Source of the DNA: Raillietiella orientalis
Taxonomy: Eukaryota
Reading direction: 5' to 3'
Assembly (NCBI GenBank): GCA_036172245.1
Contig: JAYWIR010000026.1
Coordinates: 434,001-498,000 of the forward strand
Length of the DNA: 64,000 nucleotides
Made by a program: the position numbers and the translations under genes. Below the pieces are notes generated by a model. That model was given only the letters and a program-made list of their open reading frames with translations, searched no databases and was not told the origin of the DNA. Below, piece by piece: positions 1 to 12,850 of this stretch (positions are counted from its first letter, which is position 1; each line of letters starts with the position of its first letter).

Positions 1-1108
1 CCTTTTTTTTTTTTTTTTTTTGCTACTTCTACCTTATCAGTTGGGTAACTTCATCCTGAATCTGCCTGGGCAGCATGGATGGTTTCACGTCAATATTTGG
101 AGATCTTCTGCGATTCTTCTAGAAGATCAACACGAACTCCAAAACAGGGGAACTGGTTGAGAGCCCAAGGAGGCCCGTGGACTCGTTGGCGGAGTCCAAA
201 CGAGTGGAATCACGTCGAGTGCCTTTCGCTTAGCACTCGGCTGAAGGACTGCTCCAGATTTGAGGTCCGAGTTTCTCCAATCACCCCACACAACTCCGAG
301 ATCAAGTCTTCGGTCTTCGCCGCACTCCCATCCGAAATGGGTAGACGGAACGATCAACGCCGCGCTGTGGCAGCCTCCCGCGTTCCTATCGGGTTCTTTC
401 ACCACGAGAAGCCTCCGTCAAAGTCTTCCGCTTTTAGGTGCTCTTCTTGTAAACGCCTGAAGCTGCAAGTAGTTTCACTTTAATTTCACTCGTGGTGGGA
501 AAACCCTCTGTCCGCATTAAGACCAAGACCGCCAGCATTCGCGTTCCATAGACGGTACCAGGAAACGCTACTGCAGATGTGATTTTTCCAATCAAATTAG
601 CAGTTGCAGAAGTATGTTCTCAACCTCTTCTTTTGCACACAAAACAGGAAGATAAAAGTTTCGTTACAAAAGATCCGTGTTTTAGGTTTTCATTTTTCTT
701 GCGTTTTTTGTTTTTTCGATGACCAAGGCTTTAGACATCCTTCTTTCTCCTCTCGAGAAATTTGGACTGTTTTCAGTTCAGAGTGCAAGAGGAAACTAAT
801 TCGGCTCCCTACGATATGAATGTAGCCGGATTGCCGTCCTCAAGCATTCATAATAAATGGGAAAACTTTTGGCATCTTTACGTACAGGCCAAGGAGATTT
901 GCATGATGAGAGAGAAACTGCCTGGAAGCGATCAATATGTGGGAGCGCCGATTTTTGTCTGCACGCTTCTTGGGATACAGGAAAGCAATCCTGATAAAAC
1001 TCAGAGGGTTAGTCATCGGTCATTTCCTTTTCTTTTTGAAATCAGGTTTTTGGCTCTTCATCTCAAGGAAGCGACGCATCGCGCGATAAATTCGTAGGCT
1101 ATGAATTT

Positions 1109-1175
1109 GATCGCATTGTTTGGACCTCATTGTTATGATCTCATTGTTTGGGCCGCATTGTTATGATCGCATTGT
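1109..1175. repeat. Short tandem array, 14-bp unit alternating as a 28-bp higher-order repeat (CATTGTTTGG / CATTGTTATG)
   Basis: Read directly: gatcgcattgtttggacctcattgttatgatctcattgtttgggccgcattgttatgatcgcattgt (about 4.5 units). Confidence 0.85.
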
Positions 1176-2789
1176 CGCCTGAGAGCGCTGAGGGAAACCT
1201 CCGGACTGGAGCACGTGTTGGGGAAAGCGCGCCGCGCGTTTCGCTCGCTTATTTTCGGGCATTTTCTCAAGTTCCAAAATTTCATACTTTTCGTTTCTGC
1301 TTTATGTATATTTATATATATACATATTTCATGATTTAGGCGACCGAAATTTCAGTTTGGTTCATTATTTTAGGAAAGTTTGACTTTAATTGCTGCATCA
1401 TCTCACCTTCTCTCTCTTTTTTTTCTTTTTTTCTTCTAAAAAAAAAAAAAAACACGAGCCTCGTGGAAGAAGTCGATGCAAAGAGATTTCATAAAAACAC
1501 CTGTATAATACACAATACCTGCTTTTAAAATAAAAACCCACACATCCAATCTCATGTAAGCCCTTAAGTATCTGTGGAACCGATGTCTTTATTGAAACGG
1601 AAAATTTCCTTGCGTTTGGGCAACATCCAAACATGTTTTTTGTTTTCCTATCTAATTGCAAGCTCCAACTCCTTTTGGATCATTTTTTGTTTCAAATTGG
1701 TCAAATTTGTGCCACCTTGACTGACAAGACAGAGCACACATTTGCAACTGCAAATTCGTTTCCACTGCCTTTAATTCTCTCTCCAGCTATATTATCTTTC
1801 CGGATACCTCTTCCATTCTGAGAGAAAGAAAACTTCAGTCATGTTTCAGGGAAATCAGGACCAGCATTCCTGTAACATGTCTACTATTTGCATCCTGATC
1901 ATAATCGTCGTCAAACAGTGGCAAGCAGTGTATACCGATGGATGACCCGCTGAACGTTGCTAAATAAGCATGCCGTCCAGAAACGTGAGTCCTTGTGGCG
2001 GCATATTGAAAAAAAAAATTATTAAAAAAAAAATAATAATATGAATGCTGAAAAGTCTAAGGATGCCTGTTGCAAACTTCCAGACGAAGTAAATAAGCGA
2101 ACAGAGATTCATCCAGAGCTGCTCACGCTGACTCTCGATTCGTGAAACTTACAGGTCCTTCCCGAAATGCACACGATTCCTGGTTTCTCACTTATCCACG
2201 CACCTCCTGCCCTTCCCTGTGCTCCGCACGCCCGAACGCACGCACGCAAGACGTCAGACTTGCAGGATTCACTTGCAGAGTCACGTCAGAATCGCCATGC
2301 GAGAGACGCTGCATCTTCGATGGCTGGACAGTGATCCCACGGAACTGGAATTAAGTAATTACGGAGGGAGTTTCGCTGCCGTCTTTATTTTATTTGATTT
2401 TTTTCCATCCTGGAGAACTTTCGGCAGCAGAGCTCCCCGGCACACGAAGCAACAAAACTGAAGCAAGTCGGTCTGTCCAGTTTTTTTTTTTTACTTCAGG
2501 TCAGACGAAAACCGACTGCCTTAAGGTGTCGATCTGAATTTTGGCTGGCAAAGACCACGAATGTGCTGAGTCGCTTCCATTGATAATGAAGAAGATCTAA
2601 TCTGATATTGCTGTTTATACGGAAGCATCTGAAAGATCGATTATGATGTGTAATCGCAGACGTAATCGCGAAGTTCCCTGCAGTCCGACTCGAGCCATAA
2701 ACAAGGCGAGAACTGGGTCTTACAAACGCCCGTGAAAAGGCAGGAAGGATCCATGTGGATTTATGCATTCGGCGCCAAGAGGACACAAA

Positions 2790-3310
2790 TCAGAGCGGGC
2801 AGTAATTTACCGAAGGAGACGAAACACGAAGGCCTCTGGTAAGGAGAGAAACGAAAACACTCGCTGCTTGCGCGCTTCGTTTTGTGCTTCTCGAGTGCCT
2901 TTTTTTATGGACATCAGCAGGAACTTCGAGATGCACTAGCTTTGCACCGAGGGCACGAAGAAGACACTTCACCCTTTGCTTTCTATTTACTGGGTTGTTC
3001 TTCGTTCAGGCATTCCAAATACTTCGTGAGGCTGCGAAAAAATCGGCCCCTCGGAAGGCGTAAGCGGCGCGCAACCCTTAACGGCATGAATTCCACGAGG
3101 TCTGCATTTGAACAAGATCGACACCACTGGACAAACAAAGCCGTCAGATGGCTTGCGGATGAATCCTGTGGACTCTTGAGGTTGGCAGGGCATGCCGAGT
3201 GCGTGCCGTCGCTGTTTGACGTTTTTGGGCTGCGACGAAGTCATCTTCGGACCGAGTTCCAACCATCCCAAGGTCGTCGCCTCACGCTGCACAGTTCTGG
3301 CGGTCAACGC
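2790..3310 (-). mobile_element. Decayed Ty3/Gypsy pol fragment (RT thumb/connection and start of RNase H)
   Basis: ORF 2987-3307 QPKNVKQRRHALGM...FIRK...CPVVSILFK resembles PxNVKxxRxFLGMxxYxxxFI...PLxxLL; ORF 2790-2972 ALGAKLVHL...HSRSTKRS resembles GAVLxQ...IAxxSRxL. Confidence 0.5.
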
Positions 3311-3477
3311 CTAACCTTTTCCTTCCCTCGAAACGAGACCAAATGCCACGAGTCGCCCCCATCTCGAAAGAACGGCCCTAAGAAAGTCTTTCTCCCGATT
3401 TCACGAATTCCTCGTCGACATCTTCTGGAACCTCACGCACCGAACTCGAATTCGTCCTGTCCCTTCCTACTCTCGAA

Positions 3478-3632
3478 GAGGAATCCATTTAAAATTGTGC
3501 TTGTGATCCAGAGTATGAGGGGGAGTAAATGTTGTGTATGAGGCATACTAGGGAGAGGGTTATGGATGGAAGTGAAAGAGAAATGAGGATGGGTCTGTAG
3601 GGGTGAAGGAAAAATGGTTGGCGATTTGTTAT
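3478..3632 (-). pseudogene. COX3: NUMT: 5' part of mitochondrial cytochrome c oxidase subunit 3
   Basis: TAA at 3634-3632 overlaps ATA at 3632-3630 by 1 nt; reads MTNRQPFFLHPYSPILISLSLPSMTLSLVCLMH in the invertebrate mitochondrial code, resembling the COX3 N-terminus (HPFHLVxxSPWP); directly follows ATP6. Confidence 0.65.
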
Positions 3633-3830
3633 TATGGTTATTTATTGTATAGAGTGATGTTAGTCTGATAAAGATATAAGCTTGGATAAAGGCTATGGTG
3701 ATTTCTAGAATTACGATGGAATGGATGGAATGAGGTTGATGAGGGTGTTTGAAAGCATGACGATGAGAATGTGACCGGTGGCTGATGTTGGCTGTTAATC
3801 GTAAGGATAGAGATATGGGTTGGATTATTG
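3632..3830 (-). pseudogene. ATP6: NUMT: 3' part of mitochondrial ATP synthase subunit 6
   Basis: IQPISLSLRLTANIS, frameshift, TGHILIVML, then IVILEITMAFIQAYIFI(AGA)LTSLY; matches the ATP6 signatures RLxANxxAGH and LExxVAxIQAYVF; A/C-rich coding strand unlike the flanks. Confidence 0.9.
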
Positions 3831-4059
3831 GTTCCCGAAACCAATTCAGACTCATCCTCCGCAAAATCATACGGCAAACGATTAACCTCATGTGAGACGT
3901 GCTAAAGAAGGAGTGCCACTGCACTTCCAAAGAACTAGAAGAAAAAAAGGAGGAAGGAGAAGAAGCAAGAAGCAGCGGATCTTGATCGAAAAGACTGTTG
4001 CGGTGGCTTTACTTTTTGCTCTCAAGTTGCGTCGACCCCAGGCTCCCACCCGGCGCTTT

Positions 4060-4550
4060 CCAGGTCAGATCGAATCTGGAAGCTGAAGACCCGTGCTGTG
4101 TGGGATGTGGGAAGTACGGAAGCGAAACCTCGCAACTCTCCCGAGCTTCCAGTTCAGCGCAGCTAGGTGGAGAAAACAGGAAAGGCACAAGGAAGCAGCA
4201 GCCCTCCAGCTAGGAGAGAGGGGGGAACAATGCAGGGGGTGCGTGCTCTCGTAGTGGGCTCTCTGGGAGCCTGGGACCCGGAGAACGAGGAAGTGCTTCA
4301 TGATCTTGGAATTCCAAAGAACAAATTTGGGAAGGGACGATCAGGTGCCGGATGGTGGCTTCGCGCATCCGGCACTCCAGAGACATCTCTGCAGCCTGCG
4401 TCACGCGGAAGACCGACAGAAGATGCAGCCGGAGAACGCCACCGGCCAGCTCTTGAGAGACGGAGGACAGGAAGCCGAGGAAGGACAGGCTGAGGGGCGG
4501 CGAGAGCCCCAGATGAACAAAGGAGGACTTCCGGAAGAATGTCAAGAGCA
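4060..4550 (+). mobile_element. 3' fragment of an RLE-type non-LTR retrotransposon (NeSL/Utopia-like), internally deleted
   Basis: CVGCGKYGSET (CCHC knuckle remnant) and VRALVVGSLGAWDPENEEVLHDLGI; clear nucleotide homology to the reverse complement of about 28683-29075; AATAAA at 4591. Confidence 0.8.
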
Positions 4551-5049
4551 CCTTTTCCCTGTAACATGTTCTCTAATTGTAGATCAAAACAATAAAAAAC
4601 TGATCATCGTTTTTCCCATTACCTGGCCACAGCAAATGACTACGACCAATCGTCGTCGTCGACGAGATGCACCATCCATGAGTTGAAGCAGCCGCCGCCG
4701 CACAGAAAGCACGGAACGGCGGGGAGCCGACGGAACGGAAGGAAGGCGCACGAGAATGAAGTTCGCTACCGGGAAAGATCTCGAACATTCTGCCGACTCG
4801 CACTGCCCACGTTGATTTTGCTCTCCCAGGCAGCAGCCAACCAACCAAGCGGCGGAATTCGGGAATGTCCTTTGCTGAGGAGACTGCAGTCATTTACATT
4901 TGAGTGGAAAGGACAGCTCCCTCGTCCAAGACTCAGGAAGATAGTCTCTCATCGTCGGAAAAAAAAAAAAAAAAATGACGAGACGGAAGGCGAGCGAGAA
5001 CAAAAATTTTTCGGGAATTTCTCAGGGCCACTTCGGGGCTGGGCGCTAA

Positions 5050-5720
5050 GTGGGGCGCTGCACCTGGCGCGCACACAAAAAAAAGGCAGGAGTTTCCATC
5101 ACCTCCTTGGTTGCGGACGCCTCCGCGGTCTTGCGAACCCCAAGCGCGGCCGTGATGAGAAACGGAATCTGGATGCTCCGAGGATCGCTAAGAGGTTCCG
5201 GTTGTTCCAAGGAACGGAGGGTGGAAAATCCTGCCGCGGACGTACGAAAAAAATGGAGGCGAAACGCCTGCCGTTCCAACTTCCTCAGCGTCAAAGGAAC
5301 GCTAAGGGAAGAGACTCGGGGAGACCCCGCAACCGGAAAGCATCAAACTTCTTCTTCTGGGCTTCCTCTGACGAAGCGCGAAGTCGGCCGCGCAACTCGC
5401 AGCGACCTCGTCCAAGACTCGGCGGTAGCCGAGCCCAAAGCGCGACCGAGTACAGTCCTTGATGACGGCGCTCCAGGTGAGAGATTCCTTCTTGGAGTGG
5501 AGCTGGAGGCTCGAGAGTAACCAGCTCTTTCATCTCTGCAGAGAGAAACAGCAGTGTTGCCAGCATCGCCCCGACGCGCTTCCCATGTTGTCATAGAGAG
5601 AGTAAGAAAGACACTGGTGGAGTGCCGGGCAGCGTCCTCACCGTGGATCGCCTCGCCCTCGTTTTTCCATGGAAGATCCAAGTTCGATTTCTTCCGTCGT
5701 TCGAACTGCATCACGCCCTC
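5050..5720 (-). mobile_element. Decayed BEL/Pao pol fragment (pre-RT and RT N-terminus)
   Basis: LDLPWKNEGEAI (VxLPWK) followed by SWTRSLRVARPTS (TTKxRVVFDAS-like). Confidence 0.35.
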
Positions 5721-6149
5721 TTATAACGCGGGGGAAAACACCTTCCTCGTCATGCGAATACGCGCTATACGAGTCCTATGGGTTAAGCATGGATAATATA
5801 ACAGCATTCACGAAAGATGACGTTGAAATATTTGTTATTTCACTTTAAAACAATAACATTGGAAGTGTCTAATAAAAGAGGAAAGGAGTTTTTCGAGTTT
5901 TGATCACGTTCCATTGGAAGACGTTTCCAGTTCCAGCCCTCCGCTTCTTGAGCTGGATGGTTTGAGAAAATCTGAGCGGAGCAGAATTCAACCGACCCAA
6001 ATCACGCTTCCTCGTTCTTTTGAGAAACAGGAGAAAAAAGGGGGAAAAGGCTGAACTGACTCTTTACTGCAGAATGGAAATTTATCTGCGTCACGTCATA
6101 CGGTGGGGGTCCGCGGCAGCTTGCCCCTCCCTCAAAGACCACGTCCTGC

Positions 6150-6500
6150 GTCCCCTGGGAGGAGGCACGAGCGCCCTCATTACGATCACGCCAGATAAGG
6201 GCTGCTCGTCATCTCGAGTCCAGGCTGAAGACGAGGCGCTCATTTGAGGCAGGACCTCAGGAGGAGCGCCGCAGGTCCCGGGTCATTTTCGCCATGTCTT
6301 CCGGCGCCCTCTCTCGGCTTCGCCGAGCGATGTGGTCCTAACGGGGAACCGCGCGCGCGCCGCCCGCCGGAGAGAGTTCGATTTCCAGGCGGGGAAAGGA
6401 ATTCGCTCCAAATGTCCCCGATCCGATGATGCACACGCTCCAGGATCGTGATCTTCGACACGTGTCGAACGTCGCAAGCTGGAGAGCGTTCCCCTCGGCA
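6150..6500 (-). mobile_element. Possible decayed LTR integrase core
   Basis: RIGDIWSEFLS (SDxGxEFxS-like) then GSPLGPHRSAKPRE (SPxHPxSNGxxE-like); weak. Confidence 0.25.
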
Positions 6501-7147
6501 GCAGCCTGTCCGTGGTCGGCCAGCCAACGAGATCCGTCCGGAATTCTTCTCTTCGCAGCTCTAGCTGCTGCTGCTGCGAGGAGAAGTCCACCCACCCACT
6601 GCCACTCTTTCTTCCCTTTTTTTCCTTTCCTTTTTTTTTTTTGCTCGCCCGCTCGCCCGTTCGATATCCGCCACGGGCCCACAGCAGCCCAAGTTAACTG
6701 AGAAACATTTCCGTAGCTGCCGCTGCGTCCGTCGGTAAACTGATGCCGAACGCTCGGTTCCCACGATCATTAAGAGATCGACTTTCGAGTTGCGCACGTG
6801 ACTATTAGAATCTCAACAGTGGGCTTTTATCTGCTTCGCTTTTTTTTTTTTTGTGTGTGTGTTCCTGACGGTGAGGTCAAAATGCTGTCAGCTTTTCACG
6901 ATAGGCTTTTTTTTCCTTCCTTTTCTGTTTTTTTTTTTTTATTTATTTATTTTCCGACTAGCGTGCTGCACATATGCTTGTCCATCTACATGTGCGCAAG
7001 TGCACGTACGCACGTACATGTAATTATCTACGTTTTTGTATTTTATGCACATGTACATTTGCGCGTAGATACATGCATTTGCAAATATGCAAAGAAATAG
7101 CATCAAAATACAGAAACCGTAGAAAATTGCGCACATATACAATTAAA

Positions 7148-7148
<1 letters not shown>

Positions 7149-7204
<56 letters not shown>

Positions 7205-7227
7205 TATATATATATGTGTGTGTGTGT
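7149..7227. repeat. (CA)n microsatellite followed by (TA)n and (TG)n
   Basis: About 26 CA units at 7149-7200, seen directly. Confidence 0.95.
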
Positions 7228-9049
7228 AATCATTATATATGTTATTCTCTCCTCTGCAAACGATCGAGGATTCGACGAATGCGCTCTCACCACGCAACAA
7301 TGGAAGCTCAGGGACTCATCGGGCCGCCCGCTCCCTCCTCAAACAGCTTCCGGTTTATTGTTGGCGATGGGATTGTCGTGAGCTGCAGAGTGGCGCGCAC
7401 GTCGTGTCCGCGTGCAAGCGGACGGGAGGAAATCTTGAGCTTCTTCGATCTGGACCCTGGGAGCTGCTCCCGCGAGAAGGGGTGCCAGCGGTTTTTTTTT
7501 TTTAAAAAAAAAAAAAAAGAAAAAAGATAAAAGTAAAAACGCGGCTTCCTGATCTGCGTTCCCGAGCGATCGGTTCGAACGTCCGCCGAAAGGGAGGAAC
7601 AGCAGGCCGGAGAGGGAAGAAAGGGGGAAGGAGGCGGCTAGGGAAAACGACGTCGCCTTGGAAACGCGAATCGAAAGTTCGATCCAGGTAAGGGCGTGGG
7701 TGTACCTGACGAAAATCGCGGGAGTTGATAATTTCGCAGGCCTCGCAAATCTGCGGGCGATGAGAGAGAGAGAGAGAGAGGGAGACTGAGAGGGAAGAAA
7801 AAAAAAAAAAGAAGAAAAAAAAAAAAGCATGTGGATGAATGGCCGAGCCGAGCGGTTGCGCGGCACAATTCAGCTTCCGATCTACCCGTTGCCTCGTGCT
7901 CCGCTGCGCGCCGAACACGATAGCTTGTAAACACGGGTCGTCCCTAAAGGTCATCGGAAGGAGCGATGCGTTTGCACGGGCGGAGCGTGCACAGGTGACT
8001 GACGTGCGCTTGGGTTTCGTGGGAACTCTTGTAGCTGCGGTTCCCACGCTTGGGCCCGTTGCGCGACATCTGCCGCTGCCTCTCCCGCTAATCGTGTCAG
8101 TTGCACCATCGCCGTTTTGACCTCTTAAGCGCAGGAGATTCGGAGGGGTTCGACCCGGTGCCTCTTCCGCGGCGATCTCTATCATCGCGGCGTGAATTTG
8201 CAGGACATCCGCTCCCGTAGGACTGGGTCCGTAGGACGCGCTGCAAGGAGCAGGGCGGACTGGCGGGAGAGAGGTTCGAGAGCAGCAGCATCCGCAGTGA
8301 TTGATGGGGTTTTCGTTCGTTTGTCCCCCCCCCCCGTCTTGTTTCTCGGAAGAGGCGGTCGGCGGAAAGTGGACCGTAGCGATCACCAGCGTGCGCGCGC
8401 GCGCCATCGGAAACGATGGCGACGCATCGGAACGGAGGTAACGGGCGACCCCGCGTTAATGACACGTGCAGTCGCCTGACCACGCTCATCCAAATCGCCT
8501 CGGATCCACGCAGTAGCGCGTTGATTAAAGGCCCGCGGTCACGAGTTCGCTCCCGGGCTCGCATCAGCTCCGTGCGCGCTCCCGGTCATCTCGGCGGGAA
8601 GGCGAAGGAGGAAAAAAAAACGGGCGATAAATATTTGCGAGCTGCTACCACGTTCGTGGTCGGTCGCGGGCTGCTCTCGAGGAATTCCTCTCCTTTTGTT
8701 TGTTTGCTTCCTTTTTTGCTTTCGCCCCTGCGAGCCTGAAGTTCGGCGCGGCGGAGGAGTTGCGCGAAAGCGGAGGAGTATCAACTGACGGGGAAAATGA
8801 AATACATAAATAAATAAATATTTGTGAAACTGCAGCTTCTCTCTCTCTGTTTGCTATGCTTTCTCTCTGAATGGGGAACTTTTGCAAGAGAGGGGGAAGC
8901 ACGCGCTGTCGTTAAATTATCGCGCGCGCTCAGAAGACACACAAAAAAGTGCACCATCGGCTGCACAAGCCGTCATCCTTCGGGATGTTTGAAAGTGGGG
9001 GTGCTGCACCGCTTCTTGCAGTAGGGACGCTTGCATTTCATAAGAAATC

Positions 9050-12000
9050 CGCGGTAGCCCGGTGGCCGTGGGCAGACGATCGGCCGGGACGCACCCGCGA
9101 TCCGAACGTCCCACATTCCCGCGTCCCGGCCGAACAGCTCCAAGCGAGTCGCCTGCCCTCGGAGGCAACAGGAAACCGACCCCCAGATCGCAGGGCAGCA
9201 GGAGAGCGCTCCCGCCGGGTTCTGGAAGCAGAAGCGAGCAGGGAAGGTGGCCCCACCTTCGCGGGAAAAAAAAGGCGGCTTGCCTCCCCACTTTCCCGGT
9301 GCGAAGGCGCCTCGAGCGCCGCCCTCCAATTCGCGGATCCCGGGAGGCACGGGATTTTCACCTTCGTATCCCTCTCTCTCCCGCTCCCTAAATCCGACGA
9401 ACCGGCCTTCCCGCATCCACCCCCCAGCTCGGCATCGCGTGAATTTCGACAGGCAGGGGGGCGTGGGCGACTTTCGAACGAAGTGCCCACCGGACGCCGA
9501 GTATCCCATCCTTTCCAGGGTCTGAATTCGAATCCTTGAACAGTTCGGTGCTTCCCGCCGAGCGGTTCCCTGGGGCGTCAGCGGACTTCTTGAAGGCGCT
9601 TCAGCCTCCCCGGCCTCTGGATGCCTCCCTCCGAAAGGTCCTTCGGTCCCGGCCCGAGAGCTTTTTACGCGTCCGCCCGCGGCAGCACCGGCGGCGCATC
9701 CTCAGCAGTTGCAGAATCTGATAAACGGGGGGTGGAGGGAAGCTGATGGAAAGTTTGCCTCGTGCCGGCAGAATTTTGTCGCGTGCCGAAATTGGCGCGC
9801 GCCTTGCACGCCGCCCACTCTCCCTCCCTTGCGGAGAAAATGCGCAAGAAGAGAGGTACTCATCCCGACAGCCCGAAAGGGAGGGAGGCTGCAATGAAAG
9901 TTCGCAGCGCTATAGAAACGGAAGGGGAAGTTCCTCGGCTGTTGAATCACTTTCCAGGAAGTCCCGGAAGTTCGCCGGGAAAAAGGCTGACAAAAGAGCA
10001 GCGAATCCATTAGCTTCCTCGATGAGGCTGATTTTGCTCTTTTTCTTTCGAACGTTCCAAGCTCTGGCCAGGATGACCAGGTCCGAGATCAAACGACTAT
10101 GCAAAATCCGAAATCCAATTAACGGCAGCAGCAATCTGATCAGTTGCAGGCAGGCTGCTGCAAATGTTCTTCCTTTACGTGAGCAAAACGGAGGGTTCGA
10201 TTTTGGAGGGCAGCGTCCATTTATCCCGATGGCGAGAGAGCATTTCAGTGCTTTTTAATCTTCCAAAACTGCGAGGCTAATTATCTTTGATGATAAATAA
10301 TGAGTCCGTTCGAGTGTCGAAGCCATCGTGAATCGCTTTTTATAGGCGTGCACTCGGGAAAAAAAGCATTCAGAAAAAGAGGAGGCAAAAAAATGAAAAT
10401 GGCTCCGGTCTGCGCGTATCTTTTCAACCCATCCGCTACCAGTTTCTTATCTGCCTTCAGTATGCATTTTCTTTTTCCTTTTTTTTTGCATGCGGCCATG
10501 TGCTTTACTCTTTCAATTTGTTCCCTTTTATTTCTTCAAGAGGCTGTGAACCTCAGGCTAGCCAAGCCGATTCGCGTGCGTTTCCGAGCGAACACCTAAA
10601 AACCACCACCTCTTTCTCCTTCTCATGCGTTCCCTGTCCAGGGGATCGAAATCCCTCACCTCGCAGGAGTGGAGGGAACGCTCCAGGAGCTTCCAGAGTG
10701 CCTTCGGCCAGCATCCTGGAAAACTCTTCTCGGAGACTCGTGAGACGGTCACTGCGCTTACACCGAACGGGACTCGCGCGGGCCGGACAAGGGCCCGATG
10801 GCGACGTTCGAGAACCCACGAAGAACGTCCTCAGGTAAAAAGCGGACTGGGGAATTCGACGGAGTGTGTGAGTGGCGCCAAGGGAGACGACTCCATCCTC
10901 CTGGTGCACACTTTGCCGTGTCGGACGACAGGCAACGGCACGCGCCTGGAGCATTCCGCAGGTCTCCGTGGGCTCCTCGCTGCGGCAAAGACGACGGAGC
11001 TGGAGATGAGTTTCTTCCTTGCACTCTCTCTTGAGGCGGAAGGGAGTCGCCCTTGGTTTGGCACCCTTCGGTACGAACTCGCACCGCGTGATGGAGACGC
11101 GAATGGTGAGTTTGCCATCTCGGAGATCGAGTGGTTGTGGCAGTGCAAAACGATCTCCACCGTCATCGGCTACTCGGCCAAGCATCCCTGCTCGTGCCTG
11201 TGTGCTTTTCGTCCCAAAGGCAGTCGCTCTTGTCTAACCCGTTCTTGCAGGCACCACGCAAACCGACAGACAGACCTATGGAAGGTTTTCCTCCGAAGCA
11301 AATCCTCGTATTTTGTTTCCTTAATCGCTTCCGAAAGCTCTTTACTGAAAACTACTGAAAATAGTAGCCCTTTTTTTTTTTTTCTTTCATTGCTTATTAT
11401 TATTATTATTATTAGTTGTCCCTCTCTGATGTCTTCGAACGTTCATGAAGCAACAGATAAAGGTGCAAGAACCCCAAGTTGGACGGGTAGCACAGCATCA
11501 TTCTTTTCTCCAAGAAGCCTTCATTTTCGACCATCTCACAGTGACACGGATGCTTCAGCTTCTTCGCTGTATTTTGGGAACTCACCTATACGTAGCATAG
11601 CAAAAGCAAAGCAAATATGCAAGGGCAGGCTGGAAACTTGGGCTTTGGAAACTGCCACTTTGAGTACCTGAAGAAGAATGCCAATGAAAGAGCAGCTTCA
11701 ACGGCCTCATGCATTTTCCAGCCTCAAAACAGTGGCGGAGGGATACTCTGAGTCACTCCCTCAAGATTGCCGAAGGACCTGGATTTTGCGTAGCTACTTA
11801 GCTTTAGAACTTTTCATCTCTTTGGCTTGTTCAAGAACACGACGACGGCTTTGTACAGATGCTTTCGCTGGAAATCGCCCCTCCCTCCGTAGAGGTACCA
11901 CCCAGGAGATTTCGAACGAAATCGATCATCGTGCTTTCCCTACGACAGATTTACACATCTTAGCTATTGGAGGAGAACTGTCCAGGTGACTGTAGGTGTT

Positions 12001-12850
12001 TTCGCCTCAGGGAAAGTGTGGATGCATCAGAAAGGAGGTAACAACGTGGAGTCGGTACACTGAATCGTGCAGCGGATGTATGGACACATTTCAGTTAGAG
12101 TTCATCAGCACCTCTCTCGTTTTCACACTTATTGGTGCTGCCCCTGTCATGTGGGTGACACTTGGGGCTGTCGGCTAAGACGAGGCAAAATGAGTGGCCG
12201 TTTGCAGTGACGCACCGGCTGGGAGAGACGAAGGAACTCTTTCTGAACAAATGACAGAGTTTTCGGCACTGAACGCTTGATTTTTCCGTGAAAGTAGCGG
12301 AGCTCTTCCCCCCCACCCCCAAGAAAAAAAAAAAAAAAATGAGCACGGAATGAGCTGTTCTACAGATGCATTCTACGACATCTCTCTCCATTTCGCGCAT
12401 TTCCCCGGATTTTTCCTTTTTGAGAAGAGGCCTCTTACAACGGGTGGGCCACCTTTTCAGGAACCGAATTCTTTTCAACCGTCCCATCGCCAAGGAGTGC
12501 CTGCAAGCAGTTCTTCATGGTGAATCCATTCTTGGCCGATTCTTCTCTCAAGAAACAAAGCTCCACGAGGACAGCAGCAGCATCCCTCTATCGAATTCTC
12601 TCAAGTGAAAGTGAAGAAGGAGATGCCTACGAAATACCCATAAGCAGATTACAAATCAATTCTTGGCGTGCCATTTCGTTCACCTTTGACACGCTTGCCA
12701 TCCAGCTTGAAGCCGTGTCGAAGGTGACATCCGTCGAAGCGTCTGCCAAATTCGAAGGCAAGGCAAGACTAAGGTCAGACTGTTCTTCGTATCCTTTATT
12801 GCGGGTTCAGTGCTTGCTGAGCTGTGCGATAAGATCACAAACTGAGACGA
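9050..12850 (-). mobile_element. Decayed Ty3/Gypsy element (gag-like knuckle region, RT, RNase H remnants)
   Basis: Motifs in the expected order on the minus strand: QCRKLCHL (CCHC remnant, about 12270); KPRATPFRLKRECKEE...QLRRL and SVHQEDG (RT N-terminus, ORF 10553-11185); LISDLVILARAW...DFLES (YxDD and FLG remnants, ORF 9910-10134); CDLGVGFLL (RNase H-like, about 9190). May be more than one element. Confidence 0.5.

Noticed and set aside
10625..11671. 348-aa plus-strand ORF
   Set aside because: Antisense shadow of a Gypsy RT relic that runs through poly-T and (ATT)n tracts; no recognisable domain
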